Below, piece after piece: positions 26,674 to 35,365 of a DNA stretch of 42,206 bases. Every line of letters begins with the position of its first letter. The stretch's first letter is position 1. The notes below the pieces were generated by a model. The model saw only the letters and a program-made list of their open reading frames with translations. It made no database searches and had not been told where the DNA came from. The DNA is from Coleofasciculaceae cyanobacterium SM2_1_6 (GTDB lineage: Bacteria > Cyanobacteriota > Cyanobacteriia > Cyanobacteriales > JAAUUE01), in contig JAAUUE010000001.1 of assembly GCA_012031635.1 (NCBI GenBank), positions 1 through 42,206 of the forward strand, in the 5' to 3' direction. The translations under genes and the position numbers were made by a program.

Positions 26674-27057
26674 CTAGGAATTGATCACTCGGAGAATGTC
26701 TTCAAAGAAACTTTCCCCATTAGGAGTTGTGATAATTAATTTTTGTTCTTTGAGATTCAATGTGTAGGTAAATCCTGAATTTCGAGAAACGTACACTTGA
26801 TCTTCAGGAGAAGTTGCACTCAAGTTGATATAACCACTACCGTCTTTAGCCTCACCTACGTACATAGCTCCATTAGCGCCGGGGCAGATGCTGATCACAG
26901 AGCGGAAAGTTTCTACAGCAAAACCGCCATTACAGGGGAATCGGCGGGTGATTTCGACGGGGATTCCTTGGGCGGCAACAGGGACTATGGCGATCGAGGT
27001 CAGACCCATTAAAGTGGCAAAAATGGCAAGGCTCAAGTTAGGAATAAGATTTTTCAT
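26674..27057 (-). CDS. Small secreted protein of unknown function (signal peptide, two Cys)
   Basis: 127-aa ORF. N-terminal signal-like MKNLIPNLSLAIFATLMGLTSIAIVPVAAQG. No recognisable domain. Confidence 0.55.
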   Translation of the reverse strand: MKNLIPNLSLAIFATLMGLTSIAIVPVAAQGIPVEITRRFPCNGGFAVETFRSVISICPGANGAMYVGEAKDGSGYINLSATSPEDQVYVSRNSGFTYTLNLKEQKLIITTPNGESFFEDILRVINS

Positions 27058-27180
27058 GTTGATGAATTAATTGTGGGTTGATTAATTATGTTAGTGAGGA
27101 GATCAGGGAATTTGTTCCAGAAAAGTATTCTAGGAAAATCACTTTCTGGAGATGAATTTAAGCACGATCGCCCCCGGAAT

Positions 27181-27246
27181 TTAACTAAATTCAACTAAAT
27201 TCAACTAAATTCAACTAAATTTAGCTAACTTAACTGACTTTAACTC
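27181..27246. repeat. 10-bp tandem repeat (tcaactaaat; 3 exact units flanked by degenerate units)
   Basis: ttaactaaat tcaactaaat tcaactaaat tcaactaaat ttagctaact taactgactt taactc read directly. Confidence 0.9.
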
Positions 27247-27293
27247 AGGTAACTGCAATTGTCCAACTGACGATCTCCTGTCTCTCATGGTTC

Positions 27294-28271
27294 CTAAACA
27301 TGGGATTTACTGACAATCATAGTCTTACCAGTCAGGGCAGATTGATGGGCTGCTTCCGCAACCTTGAGGGTGTAATAGCTGGCCTTGGCACTAGTATATA
27401 GGGGTTGGTTGGTGGTGAGATAGTCCAACACCATTTTGGTATCTAGGGCAAATAAGCCTCTTCTCCCCCCCAGATTAATTGCGGTAGTCTCCTCGCCCCG
27501 GATTAAAGTTCCCTGCTCCCCGACAAAGGATAGAACACCTCGATCGCCACAAATCTCAAAATTCCGCTCCTCTTGCCAAAATACCTCTCCCTTGCCGTAG
27601 GTAACTTCTGCCATGACACCACTGGCAAAAAACAACTGGGCAGTACACAAACAGGCTTGATAATAATCCCCCTCACCCCAATAGCGGTGGCGACAACTCA
27701 CCGCATCTACCAACCCAAACAAGTCGGTCAAACGGTGTAACCGAGACAAGGCTCCACTCAGGGGAAACCCAAATTCGGCTTGGCTATAAGTCCATTTGGC
27801 AGGGGCGGGACGCTGGGGGTTGATGGTGCGGTAGCGGGCAGAGAAAATGTTGCCGATCGCTGGCAGGTTTTCCTTGAGAGCTTTGTGTAGTTCTCCCAAC
27901 AATTCAAGGTGTTCGACATGGAGCAGCAAATTCTTTTTTTCTGCCAGATCAATTAATCGCGCCGCTTGAGCAGGTTCCAAAGCTAGAGGGTACTCCACTA
28001 CTACGTGCTTATTTGCCTTGAGAGCCGCCTCGGTCATAGTTCCGTGGTCTCGATTGATGCCACAAATAATTACTAAATCTAGCTCTGGTATGGCAACTAG
28101 TTCCTGCCAACTGGGGATTACTTGAGCTTGGTACTGATTCGCTAATTCAGTAGTTTTGAGCGGATCCCGCCCGGAAAGAGCTACTAGGTGCGATCGATCG
28201 TCTTGAAAAATTGCCTCGGCTCTGAGCTTACCCACAAATCCGGAGCCAATGATGCCTACTTTTACTGTCAT
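27294..28271 (-). CDS. bvdR: Gfo/Idh/MocA-fold oxidoreductase, biliverdin reductase (BvdR)-like
   Basis: Rossmann motif KVGIIGSGFVG. The blocks KHVVVEYPLAL, LLHVEHLELL and FGFPLSGALSRL parallel the KHVLVEYPM, LHEEHVELL and FGFPAFSGISRL blocks of biliverdin reductase A as I recall them. Length (325 aa) fits cyanobacterial BvdR. Confidence 0.6.
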   Translation of the reverse strand: MTVKVGIIGSGFVGKLRAEAIFQDDRSHLVALSGRDPLKTTELANQYQAQVIPSWQELVAIPELDLVIICGINRDHGTMTEAALKANKHVVVEYPLALEPAQAARLIDLAEKKNLLLHVEHLELLGELHKALKENLPAIGNIFSARYRTINPQRPAPAKWTYSQAEFGFPLSGALSRLHRLTDLFGLVDAVSCRHRYWGEGDYYQACLCTAQLFFASGVMAEVTYGKGEVFWQEERNFEICGDRGVLSFVGEQGTLIRGEETTAINLGGRRGLFALDTKMVLDYLTTNQPLYTSAKASYYTLKVAEAAHQSALTGKTMIVSKSHV

Positions 28272-28300
28272 TACTACTTAGTTATTAAATTATTATTAAT

Positions 28301-28389
28301 ATGCGCTCCTAAATCCCTTGCTAAATTAGATAGCGTCTGGTGGAAGATTCCACCCGCCTGCGGTGGGTAAGATCAGTTAGGATGGCTAT
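28301..28389 (-). mobile_element. MITE-like dispersed repeat, family 1, copy D (divergent, inverted orientation)
   Basis: The reverse complement reads atagccatcctaactgatcttacccaccgcaggcgggtggaatcttccaccagacgctatctaatttagcaagggatttaggagcgc, colinear with copy A. It lies 30 bp upstream of the bvdR-like start codon. Confidence 0.55.
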
Positions 28390-28601
28390 CTTAATTTAAG
28401 ACCAAAATTAACGCCGACAATCTGAGTTTTAGATGTTGACCCCAATTCTGGTCAAGTATAAGTTCTGTGAAGTTGTGTTGAGAGAGTTAAAAAAATGTTG
28501 AATAACCCCCTAATTTATTATCTTTGCATTAACCTTATGGATCTAGTTATAGGTTTAACAAGCCAGTTTACTTCTTCAAAACCACAACCCCCATAAAAAC
28601 C

Positions 28602-28919
28602 ATGAGTACCTCCAACAAACTCCAAAAGTATCGCATAAACTGCACCCTGAGCTTTGGTGATATCTATGCTCAGATCATGGTTTGGCTAATTGTAATTTTT
28701 ATTAGTCTTGCCACCGCCTTTGCTCTTTGGAGCAGCACCAGACAAATCTACGCCCTCGCCACTGTGGGTTTAGTTTTAGTTCTCTCGCTGCCCTTTTTGC
28801 TGTTTGCCTTTGTGACAACATTATTAAATCACATTGAAATTACGCCCACAGATGTTTCTACTGCCACTAGTAGCACGATGGAAAACGTTGCCCAGCGCCC
28901 AGCCCAAGCTGCTAGTTAA
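28602..28919 (+). CDS. Small two-TM membrane protein, unknown function
   Basis: 105-aa ORF with ATG start. Two hydrophobic helices (IMVWLIVIFISLATAFALW; ALATVGLVLVLSLPFLLFAFVTTLL). No recognisable domain. Confidence 0.5.
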   Translation: MSTSNKLQKYRINCTLSFGDIYAQIMVWLIVIFISLATAFALWSSTRQIYALATVGLVLVLSLPFLLFAFVTTLLNHIEITPTDVSTATSSTMENVAQRPAQAAS

Positions 28920-28924
28920 AAGTT

Positions 28925-28970
28925 GAGATTAATACCTAGATTCAATCCCTAGATTAATAGCTAGATTAAA
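28925..28970. repeat. Degenerate ~12-bp tandem array built on ctagatta
   Basis: gagattaata, ctagattc (28936), ctagatta (28949) and ctagatta (28961) read directly. ctagatta is the reverse complement of taatctag. Confidence 0.7.
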
Positions 28971-29123
28971 TAAAAAGTTAAGGGTTCGATCGCAAGTCTT
29001 GATCAAGAGTCTTCACAGGTTTGAGATCGAAAATATTCCTTCAAAAGTTCAGTCTCCTAGAGAAATTGGACTTTTTTGTTTATTATAGAAATTTAGCTTC
29101 AGAACTTATCTTTACTTATCTTT

Positions 29124-29217
29124 ACATAGCAGTCCTAAATAATTTTATCCGCCGCCGGCGGGTGGCCTCATCTACCAGCAGCAATTTTATTTGGCAGATG
29201 ATTTAGGATCGCTATAG
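29124..29217 (+). mobile_element. MITE-like dispersed repeat, family 1, copy C
   Basis: catagcagtcctaaataattttatccgccgccggcgggtgg...gatgatttaggatcgctatag is colinear with copies A and B. It ends 42 bp upstream of the SNF2 start codon. Confidence 0.6.
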
Positions 29218-29258
29218 TTGTCATCAAGGAAAATAATTAAGCATCAACTAGAAAGCCG

Positions 29259-32200
29259 ATGAAAATTCTACATGGTACTTGGATTCCCGATCGCATGGAT
29301 GGCTTTGTGCAGCAGGGCAATTTTTATATTTGGGTAGAGACAACTGAGGCAACTGAGGCGACTAAGAAAAAACAAACAGCAAAAAGTCGATCGTCGAAAG
29401 AAGAAATCGCACCACAAGAGATGGAGCCTAGGGGACTGGGGCAATTTGTACCAAGACATCCTGCAAGTCTAGCAGAGACAGCGTTGAGGTCATTTCTATT
29501 TGATGAGCTAGGGATTAAAGATCATCTTTTGCAAGTTATCAGTGATGGACGGGTTAGTAAATATGCTCAGAGGGAACAAGTTGTATTTCCCAAATATTTT
29601 CTTTTGCCAACCAGCGATCGTCTCACCGTAGAGTTGCAAGATTCTTCTAATTCACAAAGCTCTCCCCATGACCAGCCACAAAATCTCCAACCATTGCCTT
29701 CTTTGGAATTGGCTCGATACCTAGAAGTTGAGATCCCAGAAACTTTTGATCTCCAGTATTGGCGGATAGATTGCTATCGGGTGACGGCGGAGGTGAAAGT
29801 CGGCACTTATAACTATCAAAGGGCTATTAACATTATCAAATTGCTGAATGATCTGCATTTCATTGCGATTAATAACTTAGTTGATGTCCAGTTAGGGGCA
29901 GATTTATTATTTTGGTATCACTACACCCAAGCCTTTAAGCAAGTTATTTTCAAGGATCAATATATCCCAGCCCTGAAATATCAAGAGCGGGAAATTCCAG
30001 GCAAGGGTTCAACTGAAACTACTAAAACTACTAAAACTACGGCTGAAAATACCACTAAGACGAAGAAAACTACAGCCAAAAGTTCTGCAAAAACTACCCC
30101 AGAAGTGACACCGATCGCTCGCACAGAAATTTATCCGGGCTGGGAGATTGTCTCGGAAACCTACGAAGCCGAACTCCAGCAATACGTGGAATATATGCCT
30201 TTAGCCTGTGTAGCCGGGGTTAGTGAAATTCCCTCTCACCAAGAGCCGCCCCAGTTTTTCGATCGCCAGACTCTCCTGCGACATTTCTCTGAGTCTCTAC
30301 TCCACAATATTCTGACCCATACTCCCTCAACAGCAAAGTTTGATCAACAAGTAGCCGACTCTTTATTGACACAATGTCTGAATTTTACGGAAGATAAATT
30401 TGCCAACCCCATCATTGCGAGTCCTCAAGATTTAACCCGACTGCAACAGTGGCAAGCGTGGCAGCAAAGAATCAAGCGCTCCCAAGGAAATTTGCCTTTC
30501 TATCTCTGCTTTCAACTAGAAGCTCCCCAAAAAGAAGAGGAACCTTGGCAACTCCAATTTCAGGTGGCTCCCAAACAAGACCCTTCCCTAAAAATGCCCC
30601 TATCCGCCTACTGGAACATGGGGGCGGTAAGCAAAAGAAAGCTGCAAGAGCAGTTTGGTCAGGACTTTGAGCAGAATTTGTTAATAAATTTGGGTTATGC
30701 TGCCCGGATCTATGAGCAAATTTGGCAAGGCTTAGAAACTAATCGCCCCATGGGTTTGAATCTCAATCTGGATCAGGCTTTTGAATTTCTCAAGGAGGCG
30801 GCGTGGGTGTTGGAAGATGCGGGCTATAAGGTGATTGTCCCGGCTTGGTGGACTCCCATGGGCAGGAGACGGGCAAAAATGCGCCTCAAGGCTTCGGGAA
30901 AAACTGCCACCAGTGGCAAAACTAAGGCAAAGAGTTATTTTGGTTTCGATCAGCTTGTCACCTACGAATACGAGTTGGCGATCGGGGAGGAATCGATTTC
31001 TGTCCAAGAATGGGAGAAGTTGGTACATGCGAAGGCAGCTTTGGTCAAGTTTCGGGGCGAATGGATGGAACTCGATCGAGACAAAATGCAAGAGATGCTG
31101 ACTTTTTGGCAACAACATGGTCAGGAAAACCCAGAAATGAGTTTGATAGACTTCATGAAGTTGACAGCTTCTGATCCAGATTTGGAGGTCGATCGAGACG
31201 GGGCTTTGGCAGAAATGATGGCGAAGTTGCAGGATAAGCAGCAGTTTGAACCCATCGAAAATCCGCCACTCCTAAACGGGACTTTACGGGAATATCAACG
31301 CCGGGGGGTGGCTTGGCTGCAATACCTGGAAAATCTCGGCTTAAATGGTTGCCTTGCTGATGATATGGGTCTAGGGAAGACAGTGCAAATTATTGCCCGG
31401 TTGGTGAATGAAAAGGCAGAGTTTAACCAAGATCATCAAGCTCCCGGCGATACTCCAGTTCAAGAATTGCCTAAAACTACCAAAGGTAGAAAAACCCAAA
31501 AAGTTAGCTCTCCAGCATCTACATCCCCAGAATCTAATCTGCCTCACGCTAATTCTATTTTTAAGCCTACTCTCTTAATTGCCCCCACCTCAGTAGTGGG
31601 TAACTGGCGCAAAGAAGTGGAGAAATTTGCTCCCCACCTACGGGCGATCGTCCACCATGGTAGCGATCGAATTCAAGAGGCTCCGGGGTTTCAAACCATG
31701 TGCCAGAATCATGATTTAATTATTACTTCTTTTACTCTAATTCGCAAAGATGAGGCTCTATTTAGCAAGATTCAATGGCACCGAATTGTCATTGATGAAG
31801 CCCAGAATATTAAGAATCCCAAGGCTGCTCAAACTAAGGCAATTCTGAAGTTGGAAGCACTGCATCGCCTCGCCCTCACCGGAACTCCCGTAGAAAATAG
31901 GTTATTAGATTTGTGGTCAATTTTTAATTTTCTAAATCCCGGTTATTTAGGGAAAGAGGCTCAATTCAAAAAATCCTTTGAAACCCCCATTCAAAAAAAT
32001 AATGATCCTGTTCAAGCGGGGGTCTTAAAAAAATTAGTTGAGCCGTTTATTTTACGGCGGGTGAAAACTGATAAATCTATTATTAAAGACTTACCCGATA
32101 AGGTAGAACAAAAACTCTATGCTAACCTGACCAAGGAACAAGCCTCTCTTTACGAAGCAGTAGTTAAAGATGTGGAAGAGAAACTTAATGAGGTGGAAGG

Positions 32201-32849
32201 AATTCAACGTAAAGGATTGATTTTATCTACCTTGCTTAAACTAAAACAAATTTGCAATCATCCCCGGCAATTTCTCCAAGATGGTAGTGATTTTACCCCG
32301 GAGCGATCGCATAAATTAAGTCGGCTATCGGAGATGGTAGAAGAAGCAATTTCTGAGGGAGAAAGTCTATTAATTTTTACGCAATTTACCGAGATTGGTG
32401 ATGCTCTAGAAAAATATTTCCGCCAGAAATATCATTACAATACCTACTACATTCATGGGGGAACAAATAGGGATAAGCGAGAACGGATGATCAGTGAATT
32501 TCAAGACCCAGAAACGGGAGCTTCGGTGTTTATTCTCTCCCTCAAAGCTGGGGGGGTGGGGATTACTTTGACGAAGGCAAATCATGTGTTTCACTTCGAT
32601 CGCTGGTGGAACCCGGCTGTAGAAGATCAAGCCACCGATCGGGCTTTTCGGATTGGGCAACAAAAAAATGTCTTTGTCCATAAATTTGTCACCATTGGTT
32701 CTTTGGAGGAAAAGATTGATGAAATGATCGAAGATAAAAAGAAACTCGCCGGGGCGATCGTGGGAGCCGATGAATCTTGGCTGAGCGAATTAGATAATGA
32801 TACCTTCAAGAAATTAATTGCCTTGAATAAAAACGCAATTATGGAGTAG
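29259..32849 (+). CDS. SNF2/SWI2 family helicase-like ATPase with a large N-terminal SNF2-associated region
   Basis: 1196 aa. Motif I LADDMGLGKT; motif II DEAQNIKN; motif III LTGTPVENRLLDLWS. C-terminal helicase lobe LSLKAGGVGITLT and DRWWNPAVEDQATDRAFRIGQ. The ~650-aa N-terminal region is typical of bacterial SNF2 proteins paired with SWIM proteins. Confidence 0.9.
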   Translation: MKILHGTWIPDRMDGFVQQGNFYIWVETTEATEATKKKQTAKSRSSKEEIAPQEMEPRGLGQFVPRHPASLAETALRSFLFDELGIKDHLLQVISDGRVSKYAQREQVVFPKYFLLPTSDRLTVELQDSSNSQSSPHDQPQNLQPLPSLELARYLEVEIPETFDLQYWRIDCYRVTAEVKVGTYNYQRAINIIKLLNDLHFIAINNLVDVQLGADLLFWYHYTQAFKQVIFKDQYIPALKYQEREIPGKGSTETTKTTKTTAENTTKTKKTTAKSSAKTTPEVTPIARTEIYPGWEIVSETYEAELQQYVEYMPLACVAGVSEIPSHQEPPQFFDRQTLLRHFSESLLHNILTHTPSTAKFDQQVADSLLTQCLNFTEDKFANPIIASPQDLTRLQQWQAWQQRIKRSQGNLPFYLCFQLEAPQKEEEPWQLQFQVAPKQDPSLKMPLSAYWNMGAVSKRKLQEQFGQDFEQNLLINLGYAARIYEQIWQGLETNRPMGLNLNLDQAFEFLKEAAWVLEDAGYKVIVPAWWTPMGRRRAKMRLKASGKTATSGKTKAKSYFGFDQLVTYEYELAIGEESISVQEWEKLVHAKAALVKFRGEWMELDRDKMQEMLTFWQQHGQENPEMSLIDFMKLTASDPDLEVDRDGALAEMMAKLQDKQQFEPIENPPLLNGTLREYQRRGVAWLQYLENLGLNGCLADDMGLGKTVQIIARLVNEKAEFNQDHQAPGDTPVQELPKTTKGRKTQKVSSPASTSPESNLPHANSIFKPTLLIAPTSVVGNWRKEVEKFAPHLRAIVHHGSDRIQEAPGFQTMCQNHDLIITSFTLIRKDEALFSKIQWHRIVIDEAQNIKNPKAAQTKAILKLEALHRLALTGTPVENRLLDLWSIFNFLNPGYLGKEAQFKKSFETPIQKNNDPVQAGVLKKLVEPFILRRVKTDKSIIKDLPDKVEQKLYANLTKEQASLYEAVVKDVEEKLNEVEGIQRKGLILSTLLKLKQICNHPRQFLQDGSDFTPERSHKLSRLSEMVEEAISEGESLLIFTQFTEIGDALEKYFRQKYHYNTYYIHGGTNRDKRERMISEFQDPETGASVFILSLKAGGVGITLTKANHVFHFDRWWNPAVEDQATDRAFRIGQQKNVFVHKFVTIGSLEEKIDEMIEDKKKLAGAIVGADESWLSELDNDTFKKLIALNKNAIME

Positions 32850-32854
32850 AAAAA

Positions 32855-33697
32855 ATGGTAAAATCTAGTCGGACATGGTGGGGACAAAAGTTTATTCAGG
32901 CTTTGGAGACTTTCATCGATACAGGCAGATTGCAACGGGGCAGATCCTATGCTGGGGAGAGTCGGATTCTGCATTTTGATATTGTCGATGATGTCGTCAC
33001 AGCGATGATTCGAGGCAATGTTAATCCTTATTTTGGAGTTTATAAAGAACCGAAGTATTTTGTCGAAGTTGCCCTAACTAAGATTGATGCTGATGACTGG
33101 GCAGAGATTATTAAAAATATGTCTTCTAAGGCAAGTATTGTGGCGAAATTATTAATCAATGAAGTTCCAGAAAATATTGAAAATAGTTTTGTTGGTGGGC
33201 AACATTTATTGCCCCATAGTCACAAAGACTTTCAAACAAAATGTACTTGTCCAGATTTTTATTCCGGTGCCTGTAAGCATGTGGCAGGATTATCTTATCG
33301 CTTGGCAAAGGAACTGGATCAAAATCCTTTTTTACTATTCGAGTTGCGGGGGTTATCAAAGGATGACTTACTAGAAGAATTAGCAAAATCATCCCTCGGC
33401 AGAATTTTAGCCACAGAATTAGGTAATTCCCCATCCCGCAAACCAGAACCTAATGCTACTTATTTTACCAAGCCAGAAACTATTCCTTGTCCTGAAACAC
33501 CGACTCTGAAACAATTTTGGCAAGGACAAAAACGCCTACCCCAAACTATTCCTTTGGCTACACCGAGTAGCGTGTCAGCGATCGTCGTCAAGAAACAAGG
33601 AGATTATCCGCCTTTTTGGCACAAAGATAAGTCATTTATTGAAACTATGGAAGAGTTGTACGATCGAGTTAAAACCAAAAATTCTGCTCTACTCTAG
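32855..33697 (+). CDS. SWIM zinc-finger protein
   Basis: CxCx(n)CxH signature CTCPDFYSGACKHVAGL. Starts 5 bp after the SNF2 stop codon. Confidence 0.85.
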   Translation: MVKSSRTWWGQKFIQALETFIDTGRLQRGRSYAGESRILHFDIVDDVVTAMIRGNVNPYFGVYKEPKYFVEVALTKIDADDWAEIIKNMSSKASIVAKLLINEVPENIENSFVGGQHLLPHSHKDFQTKCTCPDFYSGACKHVAGLSYRLAKELDQNPFLLFELRGLSKDDLLEELAKSSLGRILATELGNSPSRKPEPNATYFTKPETIPCPETPTLKQFWQGQKRLPQTIPLATPSSVSAIVVKKQGDYPPFWHKDKSFIETMEELYDRVKTKNSALL

Positions 33698-33765
33698 AAG
33701 TCTTGCTATCCAAGATTAAGCTGTCTAAGATTAAGGTGAAATATTATGATTAAAACTCTAAACTT

Positions 33766-34020
33766 ATGGCAAATACAGATAGCCTTACGATCGAAAATTT
33801 AGACGATGCCCTCAAAGCTAAACTACAAGTTAGAGCGGTGAGGGCTGGGCGATCAATAGAAGAAGAGGCTCGAATTATTCTCAAAACTGTTTTGGAAGAA
33901 AATCCGTCACAAAATTTAGCAGAAACAATTCATCAACGGTTTGTAGGGCTAGGTGGTTTTGATTTGCCGCCGATCGATCGAGCAGAAGGTGATGCTCAAT
34001 CCCTATTTGAGGACTTATGA
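33766..34020 (+). CDS. vapB: Type II antitoxin, FitA/VapB-like (ribbon-helix-helix)
   Basis: 84 aa. The N-terminal LTIENLDDALKAKLQVRAVRAGRSIEEEARIIL is typical of FitA/StbC-type antitoxins. Its stop codon overlaps the PIN gene start (ATGA). Confidence 0.8.
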   Translation: MANTDSLTIENLDDALKAKLQVRAVRAGRSIEEEARIILKTVLEENPSQNLAETIHQRFVGLGGFDLPPIDRAEGDAQSLFEDL

Positions 34021-34445
34021 TTATCCTTGATACTAATGTGATCTCAGAGTTTATGCGTTTACTACCTGACCCTGCTGTAATGGCTTGGGTAGGTCAACAA
34101 GAAATTCCAGAGCTTTTTATCACAACAATTACACAGGCTGAGGTCTATTATGGCTTGGCACTGTTACCTTTCGGGAAACGAAGACTTGAGTTGGCAAGGG
34201 CTGTGCATCAAGTATTCGAGCAAGATTTTCAGCAACGAATATTGTCGTTTGATAGTGCTGCTGCAATGGAGTATGGAACACTGGCGGCATCACGGCGACA
34301 GAGCGGGAAACCTGTATCCCAAGCAGATACTCAAATTGCAGCGATCGCTCAAGCCCAAAATGCTGTATTGGCGACTCGTAATATTGCGGATTTCCGGGAC
34401 TTTGGGTTAGCTTTGGTCAATCCTTGGCAACTGGAGAATAGCTAA
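34017..34445 (+). CDS. vapC: Type II toxin, PIN-domain ribonuclease (VapC/FitB-like)
   Basis: 142 aa. Acidic PIN residues occur in the expected contexts: MIILDTNV, TQAEVYYG, ADTQIAAIA and ATRNIADF. Confidence 0.85.
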   Translation: MIILDTNVISEFMRLLPDPAVMAWVGQQEIPELFITTITQAEVYYGLALLPFGKRRLELARAVHQVFEQDFQQRILSFDSAAAMEYGTLAASRRQSGKPVSQADTQIAAIAQAQNAVLATRNIADFRDFGLALVNPWQLENS

Positions 34446-34507
34446 TACCAGCAAGGTCGGCAAGGCACACTCCACAATAGAAGAAAAGTTTTTCGATATC
34501 TATTAGG

Positions 34508-35365
34508 CTAGGCGGCGACTAATTCTGGCTGCTTAGATACCTTCGCCATCGTTCTGCCCACGGCTGTGGCTACGGGTTGGAGTTCGTGGACGAGTTGTAC
34601 CATCGCTTCTAGGGAAAGGGCTTGGCGAGCATCGGAGACTGATTCTTCTGGAATTGGGTGACATTCAATGATTAACCCATCGGCTCCACAGGCGATCGCC
34701 GCCTTTGCCAAGGGAGCTACTAATTCTCGTTTTCCAGTAGCGTGGGAAGGATCGACAATGACAGGGAGGTGAGTGAGTTGTTTGAGAACGACGACACCGC
34801 CTAGGTCTAAGACATTCCGAGTATAGGAATCAAAGCTCCGGATCCCCCGTTCACACAGTACTACTTGGGAATTGCCATGACTGAGAATGTATTCCGCCGC
34901 CATCACAAATTCTTCTAGGGTTGCTGCTAAACCCCGTTTGAGGAGAATCGGTTTATTTACCTGTCCCAACTCCTTCAGTAGATCAAAATTCTGCATATTC
35001 CGGCTGCCTACCTGCAACATATCCGCATGGGCGGCGATCGCTTCAATTTGGGAAATCGCCATCACTTCTGTCACTACCGGAGTTTCGTAGGTCGATCGCA
35101 CTCGATCGAGAATTTCTAAGCCCTCATTGCCCATACCTTGGAAAGCGTAGGGAGAAGTGCGGGGTTTGTAGACTCCGCCCCGGATGGCTTGGACTGGGGC
35201 GGCTTGGAGCTTTGTTGCCACCAGCTCCATCTGGGCTTGGCTTTCTACGGTGCAGGGCCCGGCGATCACAATAATCTGCTGTCCGCCGATCGCCACTTGG
35301 GGTGATAGGTTCACGATCGTTTGCTGGTCTGGGCTAGAAAGGCTAGCGAGTTTGGCGTTTAACAT
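34508..35365 (-). CDS. 3-deoxy-7-phosphoheptulonate (DAHP) synthase, type I-beta
   Basis: IAGPCTVES, RGGVYKPRTSPYAFQGMG, LQVGSRNMQNF, LLKRG and IVDPSH blocks. KPRTSPYxFQG distinguishes it from KDO8P synthase. Confidence 0.85.
   Translation of the reverse strand: MLNAKLASLSSPDQQTIVNLSPQVAIGGQQIIVIAGPCTVESQAQMELVATKLQAAPVQAIRGGVYKPRTSPYAFQGMGNEGLEILDRVRSTYETPVVTEVMAISQIEAIAAHADMLQVGSRNMQNFDLLKELGQVNKPILLKRGLAATLEEFVMAAEYILSHGNSQVVLCERGIRSFDSYTRNVLDLGGVVVLKQLTHLPVIVDPSHATGKRELVAPLAKAAIACGADGLIIECHPIPEESVSDARQALSLEAMVQLVHELQPVATAVGRTMAKVSKQPELVAA

Noticed and set aside
34508-35365. KDO8P synthase as an alternative call for the DAHP synthase ORF.
   Set aside because: The KPRTSPYAFQG and GPCTVES blocks are characteristic of type I-beta DAHP synthases as opposed to KDO8P synthases. 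The missing N-terminal regulatory domain only means it is the short form.
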